Shown here: piece by piece, positions 1-9,377 of the stretch
How the letters are laid out: each line of letters opens with the position of its first letter
How positions within the stretch are numbered: the stretch's first letter is position 1
Source: Coniocarpon cinnabarinum
Taxonomy: Eukaryota
Length of the DNA: 20,000 nt
Assembly (NCBI GenBank): GCA_051942205.1
Contig: JAVECO010000108.1
Coordinates: forward strand, 60,842-80,841
Direction: 5' to 3'
The notes under the pieces: generated by a model
The model's database searches: none
What the model saw: the letters and a program-made list of their open reading frames with translations, nothing else
Told to the model about the DNA's origin: nothing
Translations under genes and position numbers: made by a program

Positions 1-114
1 GCAACAGACGTTGTAGCAATGCCAAGTGACGAACGGGGCCAGCGGGGGCCGATAAACGATGAAGAACAAGTGGGTGAACTCTCCTTTGAAGATGTTGAGA
101 TGAGCGATCACTAG
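1..114 (+). CDS. Partial 3' coding end of a gene entering from the left edge (...ATDVVAMPSDERGQRGPINDEEQVGELSFEDVEMSDH*); tentatively the short C-terminus of a SIT4/PP6-associated (SAPS) protein
   Basis: Frame 1 is open from base 1 to TAG at 112-114 and has an acidic, protein-like composition. The DEEQVGELSFEDV motif resembles my recollection of C-termini of filamentous-fungal SAPS proteins (unverified). Confidence 0.5.
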   Translation, partial: ATDVVAMPSDERGQRGPINDEEQVGELSFEDVEMSDH

Positions 115-437
115 TCATGCGTCGCACTTTACACAGGATCATTCCACGGCGAATAGACGGAGAAGCATCACATTCGCATTTTGCATGCAACAGAAAGATA
201 CCCCTGAAGCACGAACAGCACGGCCGTCATGAAGCACGTACCATCCATCCAGCTGTATAGATTTCGCAGAAACGACGAATTGTATTGTGTACGAGAATGC
301 ACACTCCTTGTTTTTGGACGCCTGCTTCAGTCTTCACAGCAAGAATGAAATCCTTGTCTCGCGGCCAGCATGACTTGTTCGCTCATCTTTGCTTAATGAA
401 TGTCAAAGGGGTTACATGCTAATACGGTGAGCCATAG

Positions 438-1451
438 ACGAGTCCATTTTCTCATGAGTTTACAACATCTGACGCGTCCGACCAGTCTTCGAATGCGGCT
501 ATTTCCACCTCACCAACATCCTCAAATGTCCCAGCGCCGCTTGCAATCCCACCGTCTCGCGCTCGGCGTCAACTTGCTGCACGTTTGGCGGAAAAGAAGC
601 GACTTTCCAAGTCCGAACAGCCTTCGTCCATGCCAAGCGTAGGCGGAGTATTTGCTGCGATTGCAACATCAGCCGCGACTGCTGCTGCACCCGCGTCTGG
701 ACTTTTGTCCCGTGGTTTTGCCGGTGACCGAGCTCAGAAACAGGAGTCAAATGATGGCAGTGATGAAGCAGACCGAGGCGATTCGTCCGATGATGATCTG
801 CTGACTTCTTCTGACGAAGATGATAACGATGATGCAAGTCGCCAGAGAGTAGTGCTCCAAACGACTCGGGAAGCGACGCCTGCTGAGCGTCGAGCACTGG
901 ACTCTTCTTCCTCTTCTGATGAAGACGATAATGATGATGATGATGATCAACCACCGAAACCAAGTAAGCCGCCGCCCACCGGTCCATTTCGTCGGTCACA
1001 TCCTTCCGCTGGCAATCTACAAATAGCTCATCTACCCGTGGAAGAGCAAAGACGGATCACTCAGCAGGAAGAGCTCGCACGTATTCGAAAAGAGAGACAG
1101 CAAGCCAAACAAGGGCCAGACAGTCCTGAGGTCGAAGACTTGACGCTTGAGCAAGACGTGGAGGACTACTGGCGACTTGGCGAGCTCCGTGAGGCCGCGG
1201 CCCAACGGGCCAAGCTTGTTGCGCGGTCGCGCGGTTCCTCAGGCTCGCTCGCTGGTCAAATGAGCATTGCATCGAATAACAGCAAGGGCAAGCGGCGGTC
1301 TGCGGAAATGCGACGGACAGAGCAGGAAAGACTCACTCTACGAGATGGCATAGCCGAGCGCAGCACTCCTGGTTTTGACGAGGAGGAAGAGGATGATGGA
1401 GTGCAAATGGGAGGAAAGTTCTTCAAAAAAACAAGCGGAAGCGCCCAGTAG
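438..1451 (+). CDS. Terminal coding exon (337 codons), acidic/Ser-rich disordered tail beginning with PAPLAIPPSRARRQLAARLA; probably the long C-terminal exon of the upstream (SAPS-like) gene
   Basis: The frame of the 585..1451 ORF is open back to 438. It is preceded by branch-like GCTAAT (418-423) and acceptor TAG (435-437). A second acceptor, CTGAC...CCAG, ends at 485 in the same phase. The first in-frame ATG is only at 630, downstream of the conserved-looking motif, so splicing is implied. An alternative model is ATG 400 with intron 427..485 (GTGAGC...CAG). Ends at TAG followed by TGA. Confidence 0.65.
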   Translation, partial: TSPFSHEFTTSDASDQSSNAAISTSPTSSNVPAPLAIPPSRARRQLAARLAEKKRLSKSEQPSSMPSVGGVFAAIATSAATAAAPASGLLSRGFAGDRAQKQESNDGSDEADRGDSSDDDLLTSSDEDDNDDASRQRVVLQTTREATPAERRALDSSSSSDEDDNDDDDDQPPKPSKPPPTGPFRRSHPSAGNLQIAHLPVEEQRRITQQEELARIRKERQQAKQGPDSPEVEDLTLEQDVEDYWRLGELREAAAQRAKLVARSRGSSGSLAGQMSIASNNSKGKRRSAEMRRTEQERLTLRDGIAERSTPGFDEEEEDDGVQMGGKFFKKTSGSAQ

Positions 1452-1829
1452 TGACGCCACGGTGATCTTCGGGTGACCGTCATCGTTGTCAACTGGTGCA
1501 CCCTGGCATCACGATCTATCGGCGAACGCGTTTAAAGGCCGCTTGGTTATGATCGACAGGTTGAGAGGTGCAGTCTCTGTACGAATAGATGAAATGTTTG
1601 GATGACCGCACATACTGTGTGCTAGTTGTTACAGTATTCTGGACGCCATTGCACTTAGCAGCTTAGTCACCCAAAATCATAACTTGTTCAATGTGCTGCC
1701 AGGCGATGCGTATTCCGCGACGCGTATCACGTGATCAGAATTCTTTTCGCTACGGGTCTCCGATACAGGACTTGTGCACACATCAAACGCACCAGACTTC
1801 AAGGTCACAAAACACCAGCCAGAGCAAGC

Positions 1830-3293
1830 ATGCCACCACATTTAAGCTTACGGGTTCCAATTGGACGCCCCATGATATGCGGTCGCTGCGTTTCTCTCCC
1901 CATTCGGCCTCACTACCACCTTCGTTACGCATCTACCACGTCCTCCAACGATCCAAAACTACATCCAAACCCCAATGTCTCTCCGTCGACAGAGCCAAGC
2001 TCTGCCAGCCCCTCCTCAAATCCTGCTCGTGCAGATTCAAATAGTGCGCCGGAGGCTTCAGACACCGCCGATGCCGTAAACGCTTCGTCCAATGTAAATC
2101 CCAAAGGGCCAAATATGGAGCAGTTGCCCCATGTTTCTGAAGAAGCCGCCGCGATGAGCAAGAGCATGGGTGAGAGTGGACCCGCCGTTGATCAAGGGAC
2201 GCCAGTCCAAGATGTATTGAAAGAGAAAGGGGACAAAGATGGATTTGAGAAGCTGCCAAAGGTGATGAAGGAGTCAATGTCACAGCAAAAGCGCTCGTAC
2301 AGTACAGTCTCTTCTCGAAAACGATTGTTCCACAGCTCTTCTCGAAGATACGCAGGCATCGAACAAGATTTCATTGATCAGATCAGCGATGAAGGGCCCC
2401 CGCCACCAAGTCCGGAAGACGTGCAAAAGGCACAACAAATCCAACAACAACAGCCCCGACGCATACCTACAAGAGATGAGCAAGACTATCCAGGGCAGTA
2501 TCATGAGATCGATGATGAGGAAGCAATGGCAATCGCGTGTGGCGAACTACCCAATCCTATGGAAATGCGAGCTCAAGCCCAAGTCATCACGCAACAGCGA
2601 CAAGGTCTGAAATTTGGAGATCCCAGTACCCCTGCAAATCGACAAAAACATTTGCGGCGAAGGTATGACGGCGTCATGGAGCAGGTGACGAACATGATCA
2701 TGAGAGACGGGAAGAAAAGTGTTGCACAGCGAGTAAGCTCTCCCTTGATCCCACATCTTGCCCCTCCTGCAGACCCATAAAACGTCTCTGCAGGTCGTCA
2801 AGGTGGCCGTGATAGATCTATGTATATTGACTAGCAATAGAATCTTGCCGAGATCCTCACGTATCTCCGGACCGCTCCTTCTCCAACGCCGACTCCGTCA
2901 GGGACTGTTCGCCGCCTACTTCCCCTCCCACAAAGTACACCAACTCAATCACACCTTCCGCTCCATCCAGTGTTCTACCTTACCCACGCTATTGATTCGA
3001 TTGCTCCGCTGATGCGAATCCGATCTCAGAAAGGACTTGCAGGTGGTGGTGTCGCACTTCAAATTCCTGTGCCCCTTTCCCTGAGACAGAGACGCCGAGC
3101 TGCTCTTGTCTGGATTCTCGAGGCTGTCGACAAGAGGAAAGGTGGCACAAGTGGGTTCGCAAGGAGATTTGCAGAAGAGATTGTGGGTATCGTTGAAGGC
3201 AGAAGCAGCGTCTGGGGAAAGAGGGAGAATGTGCATCGCCTCGCAACAATGGGAAGAAGTAATCTAGGCCTAGTGCGAGGGGGGAGGAGGTGA
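1830..3293 (+). CDS. RSM7: Mitochondrial small-subunit ribosomal protein uS7m (451 aa); exons 1830..2732 and 2841..3293
   Basis: uS7 motifs RYDGVMEQVTNMIMRDGKKSVAQR / AIDSIAPLMRIRSQKG / IPVPLSLRQRRRAALVWIL / FAEEIVGIVEGRSSVWGKRENVHRLATMGRSN. The N-terminus is Arg-rich and acid-free like a presequence. Phase-0 intron 2733..2840 (GTAAGC...TTGAC...TAG) joins the two ORFs in frame. Confidence 0.93.
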
Positions 3294-4284
3294 GGTCATC
3301 TGTTGATTACAGCTGGACCCGACCTTTCGAGACGTACCTATCGAGTCCGGTCTGTTTTGGATGCAGTCATGACGCATTTCCGCACCTCGTGACTTTGCGG
3401 ACACGTGGTTGCAGGCCGTCATCAGGCTGCAGCGGGCCGTGTCTCGATGTCACCAGCTTGCAAGGCGACTGTCTGAACAAACGCTTGTGCAAAGCGAGAA
3501 GCGGGTTTACCTTCAAAGCTTTCAATGAGAGCGCTGTGCCGAAACGAGATCCGTGACGGATCGCTGCTAATCACTGCCCTTAATACAAGCATTTGCATTT
3601 GAGGAACAGACATGGCTATGATGGAAGCTTATCCGAGAGGCACGTGGGTTTCGCGACGGGTATTGGATAGGAGCGGGAACAGATTTTGCGACTGACATAG
3701 TACCAAGCTTAGAAACAGAGTCCTTGTGGAGTCCGGGTGACCCAAACTAGAAGATCGATGCTGACAAAGAGTCCTACGTGGAAGCTGGAGCGAGCAAACA
3801 AATGAATGGTAGACGCCAACGCCGTCGCACGACAATGGTGTCCTGAACGATTGATCGCACCCTCCACTTTTCTGAGACTCGCAAGTCAGGATTCTGCAAG
3901 TTTCGCCAAATTACATCCAGACACTGGTCTCAGAATCTGACAGCTCATCAAGTCCACTGACTTCGTACTCGCCTGATTTGTTACAGGATGCCGTCTGAGT
4001 CAGCAAGAGCCTCTCTGTGAACCACTCTGCGACATCACAGTCCTCATCCTTGGCCACTTTTCGCCCCATCATCGGTCCAAACGGCAAATGCGTAATACGA
4101 ACGGTACCGGCTCGGTCCGCATTGGCCAAAGGCTCAGCGACCACCACCCACGATATAAAGTCGAGCACTTGATGGCCTGCAGCAGTCCCTTTTCGAGAAG
4201 CACACCAGAGCAATCACAACCTTAAGTTGGCCTCTCGCAAGCAGAGATCTAACGACATTTCACCAATCACCTTCAGAACTCACC

Positions 4285-4674
4285 ATGCCTGGAGAAAAAC
4301 ACCCCAAGAAGCCCGCAGCACCCTCCAAGGTGCCACTGCCTCGGTATCCCCAGGAGGGTCAGTACGACACCAGGACCCAAGCGGGGGAGGATGAAAAGCT
4401 CTACGGGGAACCGAACAGAACCTATGGTCAAGTCCGATCCAGCACTTTTCAGGACGGCCTTGATGAGCGCGGTACGTACGCGCGCATGTCACTGCAAAGG
4501 TGACGCATGACAGTGTGCTGACGACTCGTCACAGAGATGCAGAAAGGCGTCGAGAAGCGCGGGATGCGTCCATCGGACTTCTGCAAGTTCTCCACGTACA
4601 CAGAGTGGCGGAAGAATCACCCGGGTCATTTTCAGCATATCCTTCAACGATTCCGTGGGGAGGATGGTGGATGA
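4285..4674 (+). CDS. Small hypothetical spliced protein (108 aa); exons 4285..4471 and 4535..4674
   Basis: Strong start context (CACCATG). Canonical 63-nt intron 4472..4534 (GTACGT...GCTGAC...CAG) removes the in-frame stop at 4501. The spliced product continues ...FQDGLDEREMQKGVEKRGMRPSDFCKFSTYTEWRKNHPGHFQHILQRFRGEDGG*. Confidence 0.7.
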
Positions 4675-5201
4675 AGTGGATGATGCATTGGGGTGGTTTT
4701 AGGTGTCGAGCCCTGCTTGCAGTTGGTGAACTCTCGAATACGATAAACTTCTAGAATGCGCATTGCTTTTCTCTCAACCCTGGTCATGATGCAAGACGTC
4801 TTTTTACACTCTCTGTAACGAAGCCACTGCCTGAAATTTTAACCCCTTGGAGCCAGTACACAGGTCACGATCGGTAAACCCTCGACTGGTTGGCTTCTAG
4901 CCATTCCTGGCCACTGCTTCTCTGCAGCTCCCACTGCTACTGAGAGGTGCAGAGCAGTCACCTTTACGTGAGGAATCGAGCAATCGCCTGAGAACTCGAG
5001 GAACAAAGGATTAGATACAGCAATTAGCACCCGCATCAAGGCAATGGCTGTTGTCTTGCAGCCGCGACAAAGGAACAGAAGGATCAGAGGGAGGAGCAAA
5101 GGCCGGCCGCTTGACCACATGAAGCGTGGAGATCGCTAATACATCCCTGGTAGTTAATACGGCATTCAAGTGATCTTTTCTGTCCATCTGAGGCTTGAGG
5201 G

Positions 5202-8200
5202 CTATGACGCTGCTGCTCTGCGTCGTCTGGTCTGTTTCCTACTCCTCCTTTTCGGCTTCTCGGCTTCGAATTCACTCCCGCTCGCACTATCCTGTTGCTC
5301 GTCCGCCTCGTGGTCAGCCGTTTGCACCAGGTTCTTGTTGCCTTTCCCTCGCTTACTCTTCTCTTGAGCTTTCTCCGGTCTCTTTTCTGAATCTCCCTTC
5401 TTTGAAACCTCATCTGATCTCTTCTCTGGCCTTGCCGTCACACTCACCCCTGCACTCCCATCCACCGCACTTCCACTCGTGCTAATGATAGCCTCCTCTC
5501 CATTTCCATCCGCCGCCGTGGCCCCATTCTTTCGTCTCCGCCTCGCGCGCTCCGCCATCTTCTCGAGTGCCGTTTCCATTCGGCGACTCTTGCCCTCTGC
5601 CCTGACACGCGGCGCAAACGCTCCAGCGCCCACGCCTGTATTTCCGCCCAGAAACGCCGTGATATTCGCTTGTGTGCCTTCATTCTCGCGCCGATTCATG
5701 TCGCGGATGATGGGCACGAGTACTTCGTCAGTCCGTTCCTGACTCCAGCCAATAGTGGCCATCAGGAACGAACGCAGCGCGTCTAGATCCGGGACGCCCC
5801 ACTGGAAAGCCGACGGATCGGAGTCGACTTCTGGATTGAGATATGCGAGCTCGACGCGCTGATCGGGAAATGACGGCGGGAGGAAGAGCTTCGTGGTTTG
5901 CTTTTTGAACTTCTTGCGGAAGGCGCTCTGTTTATCGGCGTCGGTGAGGGTGTTTCCCTGTTGGAGGCCTGTGAACCATTCGCGGAAGTCGGAGAGGCTC
6001 TCCGGGAAATCGGTCAGGATCTCGAGAGCGGTGACGGGGCCGATGCCAGGGAGACCTTCGGTATAGTCACTGCCTAATAAATGGGCGATGGCGATCATTT
6101 TCTTGCGGGTGAGGTCGAAGTCACGCTCGAGGTCTGAGGCGAGATAGCACTCCACGTACTTGGCTTGATTGAACATGTTTTTGTAGACGCGCGTGCCGCC
6201 GAAGAGGAAGATATCGCTGTCGTCAGTGACGATACCGTCGACCAGGCCGAGGGCCACCAGCTCTGCACACTGCGCTTCGGCTTCCATGGGCGCGGTGATG
6301 TACGGCAGACCGAAAAGTTTGAGCAGCTGTTGGCACTCTTGAATCATGATCGTGGTGACTTCATCCGCGTCACGACGATCTTTCTTCTGTTGGGACCGGA
6401 GCGCTTTCAGTTCAGCTTCGTAGTCAGCGATATTTTGTTGTGGGGTCTTCGTGTTGAAGGCAGAGGTAAATCGAGCGTGTTCTTCGGCTTCTGCGGCCAT
6501 GGATATCATGAGGTCCTCGTCTGAGTCGTTGTCGGAGAAAGGGAGGTCATCATCCATGTTCACTGGATGAGGCTCTGTTGCCTGCACGGCTGTACCGGAG
6601 GCTGGCACAGGACCGGAGGAAGGAGAACGGGAGCCAGAGGGATTTTCGGCTTCCATATCTGCCAGGTCAACTTCAGTGGGAATATAAATGTCTTCCTGTG
6701 CAGGCGAATGACGTCCGGGAGGCTGAGGCTCTGGCTGTGCAGATTGTGGACGAGTCGTGCCTTTCTGGGGACTCTGTAGGCCTCCGCCTGGCTTGGCTGG
6801 AGAATTGGGTCCCATACTGGCCGCAGGATTGAGATTGCTCACTGCATCCGCCTCTGTTTGAATATCAGAGCCGTTTTGCGACGCTTCCCATTCCTTCAAG
6901 AGGTTCTCATCGGGAATGTAGATGTCTCCTCCGTCCGATTCGTTCGCAGCGAGGTTATTTTCAAGCTCAGGTGTACATTGATCCGAGTCGGCCTTCCGAC
7001 GCTTTGCTGGAGGCACATCTTCGACATCGCTGGCTTCCCATTCAACTTCCTCATCCGATCTGTCTTCACTTTGGAAAAGTGACGAGGCGTTCCTCTTGGG
7101 AGCCGCAGCTGGTGATGGTGATGGCTCGTGATGAGTCTCTTCGTCTTCGGGATGACCGTTCTGTTCATGCGCCAGGACTTTTGATTCAACATCAACCTCA
7201 GAACCTTGTTCAACATCAGGCACGTATGAATCTACTACGCCTGGTGGTGGTTCTGCTCGAACCCTTTCTGCCATATCACCAAAACGAATCTCGGGATCAA
7301 TAACCTCAACTTGCTCCGTTGCATGATTGTTTTGCGGATCCTGGCTGTCATCGTCACTCGAATCTATTGGGATGGGCTCCTTACTCCCTCGGTCCATGGC
7401 ATCTAAATCAATAATCTCGTTCGTCTCTTCTTTTCGAAGTCGAGGCGGAGGCGGTCGGAACATCGCCTCATCCTCCTCCATCTGACGTGCTTGCTTTCTC
7501 TCTTCCGCTTCCCGTTGCCGCTGAGCTTCCATGCCCTTTTCCACGTTACCCGCGAACCATGGCGGCGGCGACTTCTCTGCATCATCATCATCCCGTTTGC
7601 CAAGATCTTTGACAAAGCCACCGGCGTTTTCGTTCTCCATCTGTTTCATTTTCTTCTTACCCAGCAGTGATGTGCCCAGATCGAGTTTCTCAAACGGCAA
7701 GGGTCCATCAAACTTTTGTTGCTCTTTGTTCGATGTGTTGTTCAATTTTGGGGCCGGCGGCGAGAAGCGCCTCACTGGACTCTTTGTCTTATACTTGGAC
7801 TGGCGTGATTCAGCCAAAGCTCCTTGCAAATCCAAATCAAGGTCGTCATCAGAGCTGTTGTCATGAAAACCATTCGTGGTGGTCACGTTAGGTGCTGCAC
7901 GATGAGCTCGAGCATTAGCCATGCTTGCGACTGGGCCTTTCGATTTTGCAAAAGACGCGGACTCTGGCGCTTTTCGCTGCTTAGGTAGCTTGGGCTGTGG
8001 TCTCCTCACTGGCTCTGGCGCACTGCTTGCTTCTTCATCAACACCCTCAAGAGACATTGCGAGCGCGATTTGCAGCTGGGCTTCTTCATCTTCACTCTCA
8101 TCGGTATCTGGAGCGGCGGCAGCTCTTGCTTTGCCGTCTTCGGCAACGAAAAGCGAATTCTCGTCTTCCTTAGGTGATCCCAACTCCACAGCTTCATCAA

Positions 8201-9377
8201 CACGGCCTTCCTCTTGGCGTCTTGATTTGTAGAACGCCTCTCGTCGTTGTTGGATATTCTTCGCAAGCTCCTCATCGTCTTCCGATTCACTGCTTTGGAA
8301 TTGCCGTTCCTCTTCAGCTTTCAGCTGGGCAGCTTGCCTGGCCTTCTCGTCAATGTCAATAGGCTTTTCTCGCTTCCCTTCATCCTGGTCATTCTCGCCA
8401 ATGACACCCAGTGCCCAACCTCCCTCAACGTCTGGGTTCTTCACCAGCACATATTCCCTTCCCTTTTCCCCAGCTACTCGACCGGCAGCGTCTGCGTACA
8501 ATCCATCCTCAGGAGTACCAACTTGCATCAGCCTTTGTGTGAGCTCATTTCGCTCACGCACGCGCTCAATTTGGAAGCGAGAGAATTCCATGCGGTCAGG
8601 AAACATGGCTTCTAATTGATCTTTCGAATATCCCATTCGAAGACGACTTCTCAACCGTGCCGCATTGAGGATGTTGTAGCGGTCTGATGCGGGCAAACTT
8701 GTGAAAAATGGGCTATCAAAATCAATCTTGGAAAAATCATAGACGTTAATATCTTCACCAGTTTCAAACTGCTTTGCATACTGTTGCAGCTCTTCTAAAG
8801 ACATTACGCGCGGATCGTTTGGACCGCCCATCTCTGCCAAAGATACCGAAAGATCTGGAAGATGGTACTGATCCTTCTTGCGAAACTTTCGATTTTGTTG
8901 TCGTTCCTGCTGGGTCATTTGAAGCTCATCAACGTAGACAGGGTTTTCGGGAACAGTTTCCTCATTATCGTCCCGCTCATGGGGCCTTTCTGCCTCACGT
9001 CTTTGCCGCTCCTCTTCTTCTTCTGCGGCCCTGTGCATCTGCAGAGCCAGCAATTTGCCAGCCGTCCTCGTGGCATCTTCTCTGCGACCCTCCCGCCTGG
9101 CTTTTCGACCTGTGATCGTTTGCCGCTTTAAAGCCGGAGCTCCACCATCGAAGACGAATACTGGCTTGATGCCAAAGAAAAGCAGTTTACATATTCGACG
9201 GTAAAAACCCACGACGTGGCTGTTGCGAAGTGCGTTACCTTCTTTGTCACGGACTGCTTTCAGAAAGTGATACACCCAGATTGAAGCATCAATCGCAAGC
9301 CGCTTTTTGTTGAGGGTGTCAATTTTGATTGGTCGTGCGCACGGCTGGACGACCTCCCAAAGACCAGTGACACCCAT
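5202..9377 (-). CDS. RAD2: XPG/Rad2 (S. pombe Rad13) nucleotide-excision-repair structure-specific endonuclease, 1391 aa, single exon
   Basis: XPG-N: MGVTGLW...LAIDASIW...IKPVFVFDGG. XPG-I: APMEAEAQCA...DGIVTDDSDIFLFGG. H2TH: LLGSDYTEGLPGIGPVTALEIL. Long acidic spacer, PIP-like QANITAFL and a basic C-terminal NLS. The canonical catalytic acidic motifs are present. Confidence 0.97.
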   Translation of the reverse strand: MGVTGLWEVVQPCARPIKIDTLNKKRLAIDASIWVYHFLKAVRDKEGNALRNSHVVGFYRRICKLLFFGIKPVFVFDGGAPALKRQTITGRKARREGRREDATRTAGKLLALQMHRAAEEEEERQRREAERPHERDDNEETVPENPVYVDELQMTQQERQQNRKFRKKDQYHLPDLSVSLAEMGGPNDPRVMSLEELQQYAKQFETGEDINVYDFSKIDFDSPFFTSLPASDRYNILNAARLRSRLRMGYSKDQLEAMFPDRMEFSRFQIERVRERNELTQRLMQVGTPEDGLYADAAGRVAGEKGREYVLVKNPDVEGGWALGVIGENDQDEGKREKPIDIDEKARQAAQLKAEEERQFQSSESEDDEELAKNIQQRREAFYKSRRQEEGRVDEAVELGSPKEDENSLFVAEDGKARAAAAPDTDESEDEEAQLQIALAMSLEGVDEEASSAPEPVRRPQPKLPKQRKAPESASFAKSKGPVASMANARAHRAAPNVTTTNGFHDNSSDDDLDLDLQGALAESRQSKYKTKSPVRRFSPPAPKLNNTSNKEQQKFDGPLPFEKLDLGTSLLGKKKMKQMENENAGGFVKDLGKRDDDDAEKSPPPWFAGNVEKGMEAQRQREAEERKQARQMEEDEAMFRPPPPRLRKEETNEIIDLDAMDRGSKEPIPIDSSDDDSQDPQNNHATEQVEVIDPEIRFGDMAERVRAEPPPGVVDSYVPDVEQGSEVDVESKVLAHEQNGHPEDEETHHEPSPSPAAAPKRNASSLFQSEDRSDEEVEWEASDVEDVPPAKRRKADSDQCTPELENNLAANESDGGDIYIPDENLLKEWEASQNGSDIQTEADAVSNLNPAASMGPNSPAKPGGGLQSPQKGTTRPQSAQPEPQPPGRHSPAQEDIYIPTEVDLADMEAENPSGSRSPSSGPVPASGTAVQATEPHPVNMDDDLPFSDNDSDEDLMISMAAEAEEHARFTSAFNTKTPQQNIADYEAELKALRSQQKKDRRDADEVTTIMIQECQQLLKLFGLPYITAPMEAEAQCAELVALGLVDGIVTDDSDIFLFGGTRVYKNMFNQAKYVECYLASDLERDFDLTRKKMIAIAHLLGSDYTEGLPGIGPVTALEILTDFPESLSDFREWFTGLQQGNTLTDADKQSAFRKKFKKQTTKLFLPPSFPDQRVELAYLNPEVDSDPSAFQWGVPDLDALRSFLMATIGWSQERTDEVLVPIIRDMNRRENEGTQANITAFLGGNTGVGAGAFAPRVRAEGKSRRMETALEKMAERARRRRKNGATAADGNGEEAIISTSGSAVDGSAGVSVTARPEKRSDEVSKKGDSEKRPEKAQEKSKRGKGNKNLVQTADHEADEQQDSASGSEFEAEKPKRRSRKQTRRRRAAAS

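Noticed and set aside
499..999. Minus-strand ORFs with poly-His and poly-Ile runs
   Set aside because: Reverse-complement readings of the GAT (Asp) repeat in the plus-strand exon.
1731..1829. GTG-initiated N-terminal extension of RSM7 in the ORF track
   Set aside because: Eukaryotic gene; ATG 1830 begins the presequence-like segment and the upstream part looks like promoter/UTR (contains CACGTG).
4780..4835. Possible box C/D snoRNA (ATGATG...CTGA)
   Set aside because: Imperfect box C, too short (~50 nt), and no terminal stem or recognisable guide.
4839..5120. 93-aa minus-strand ORF with a hydrophobic, signal-peptide-like start
   Set aside because: Starts about 80 bp after the RAD2 stop on the same strand, most likely within its 3' UTR, and has no recognisable homology.
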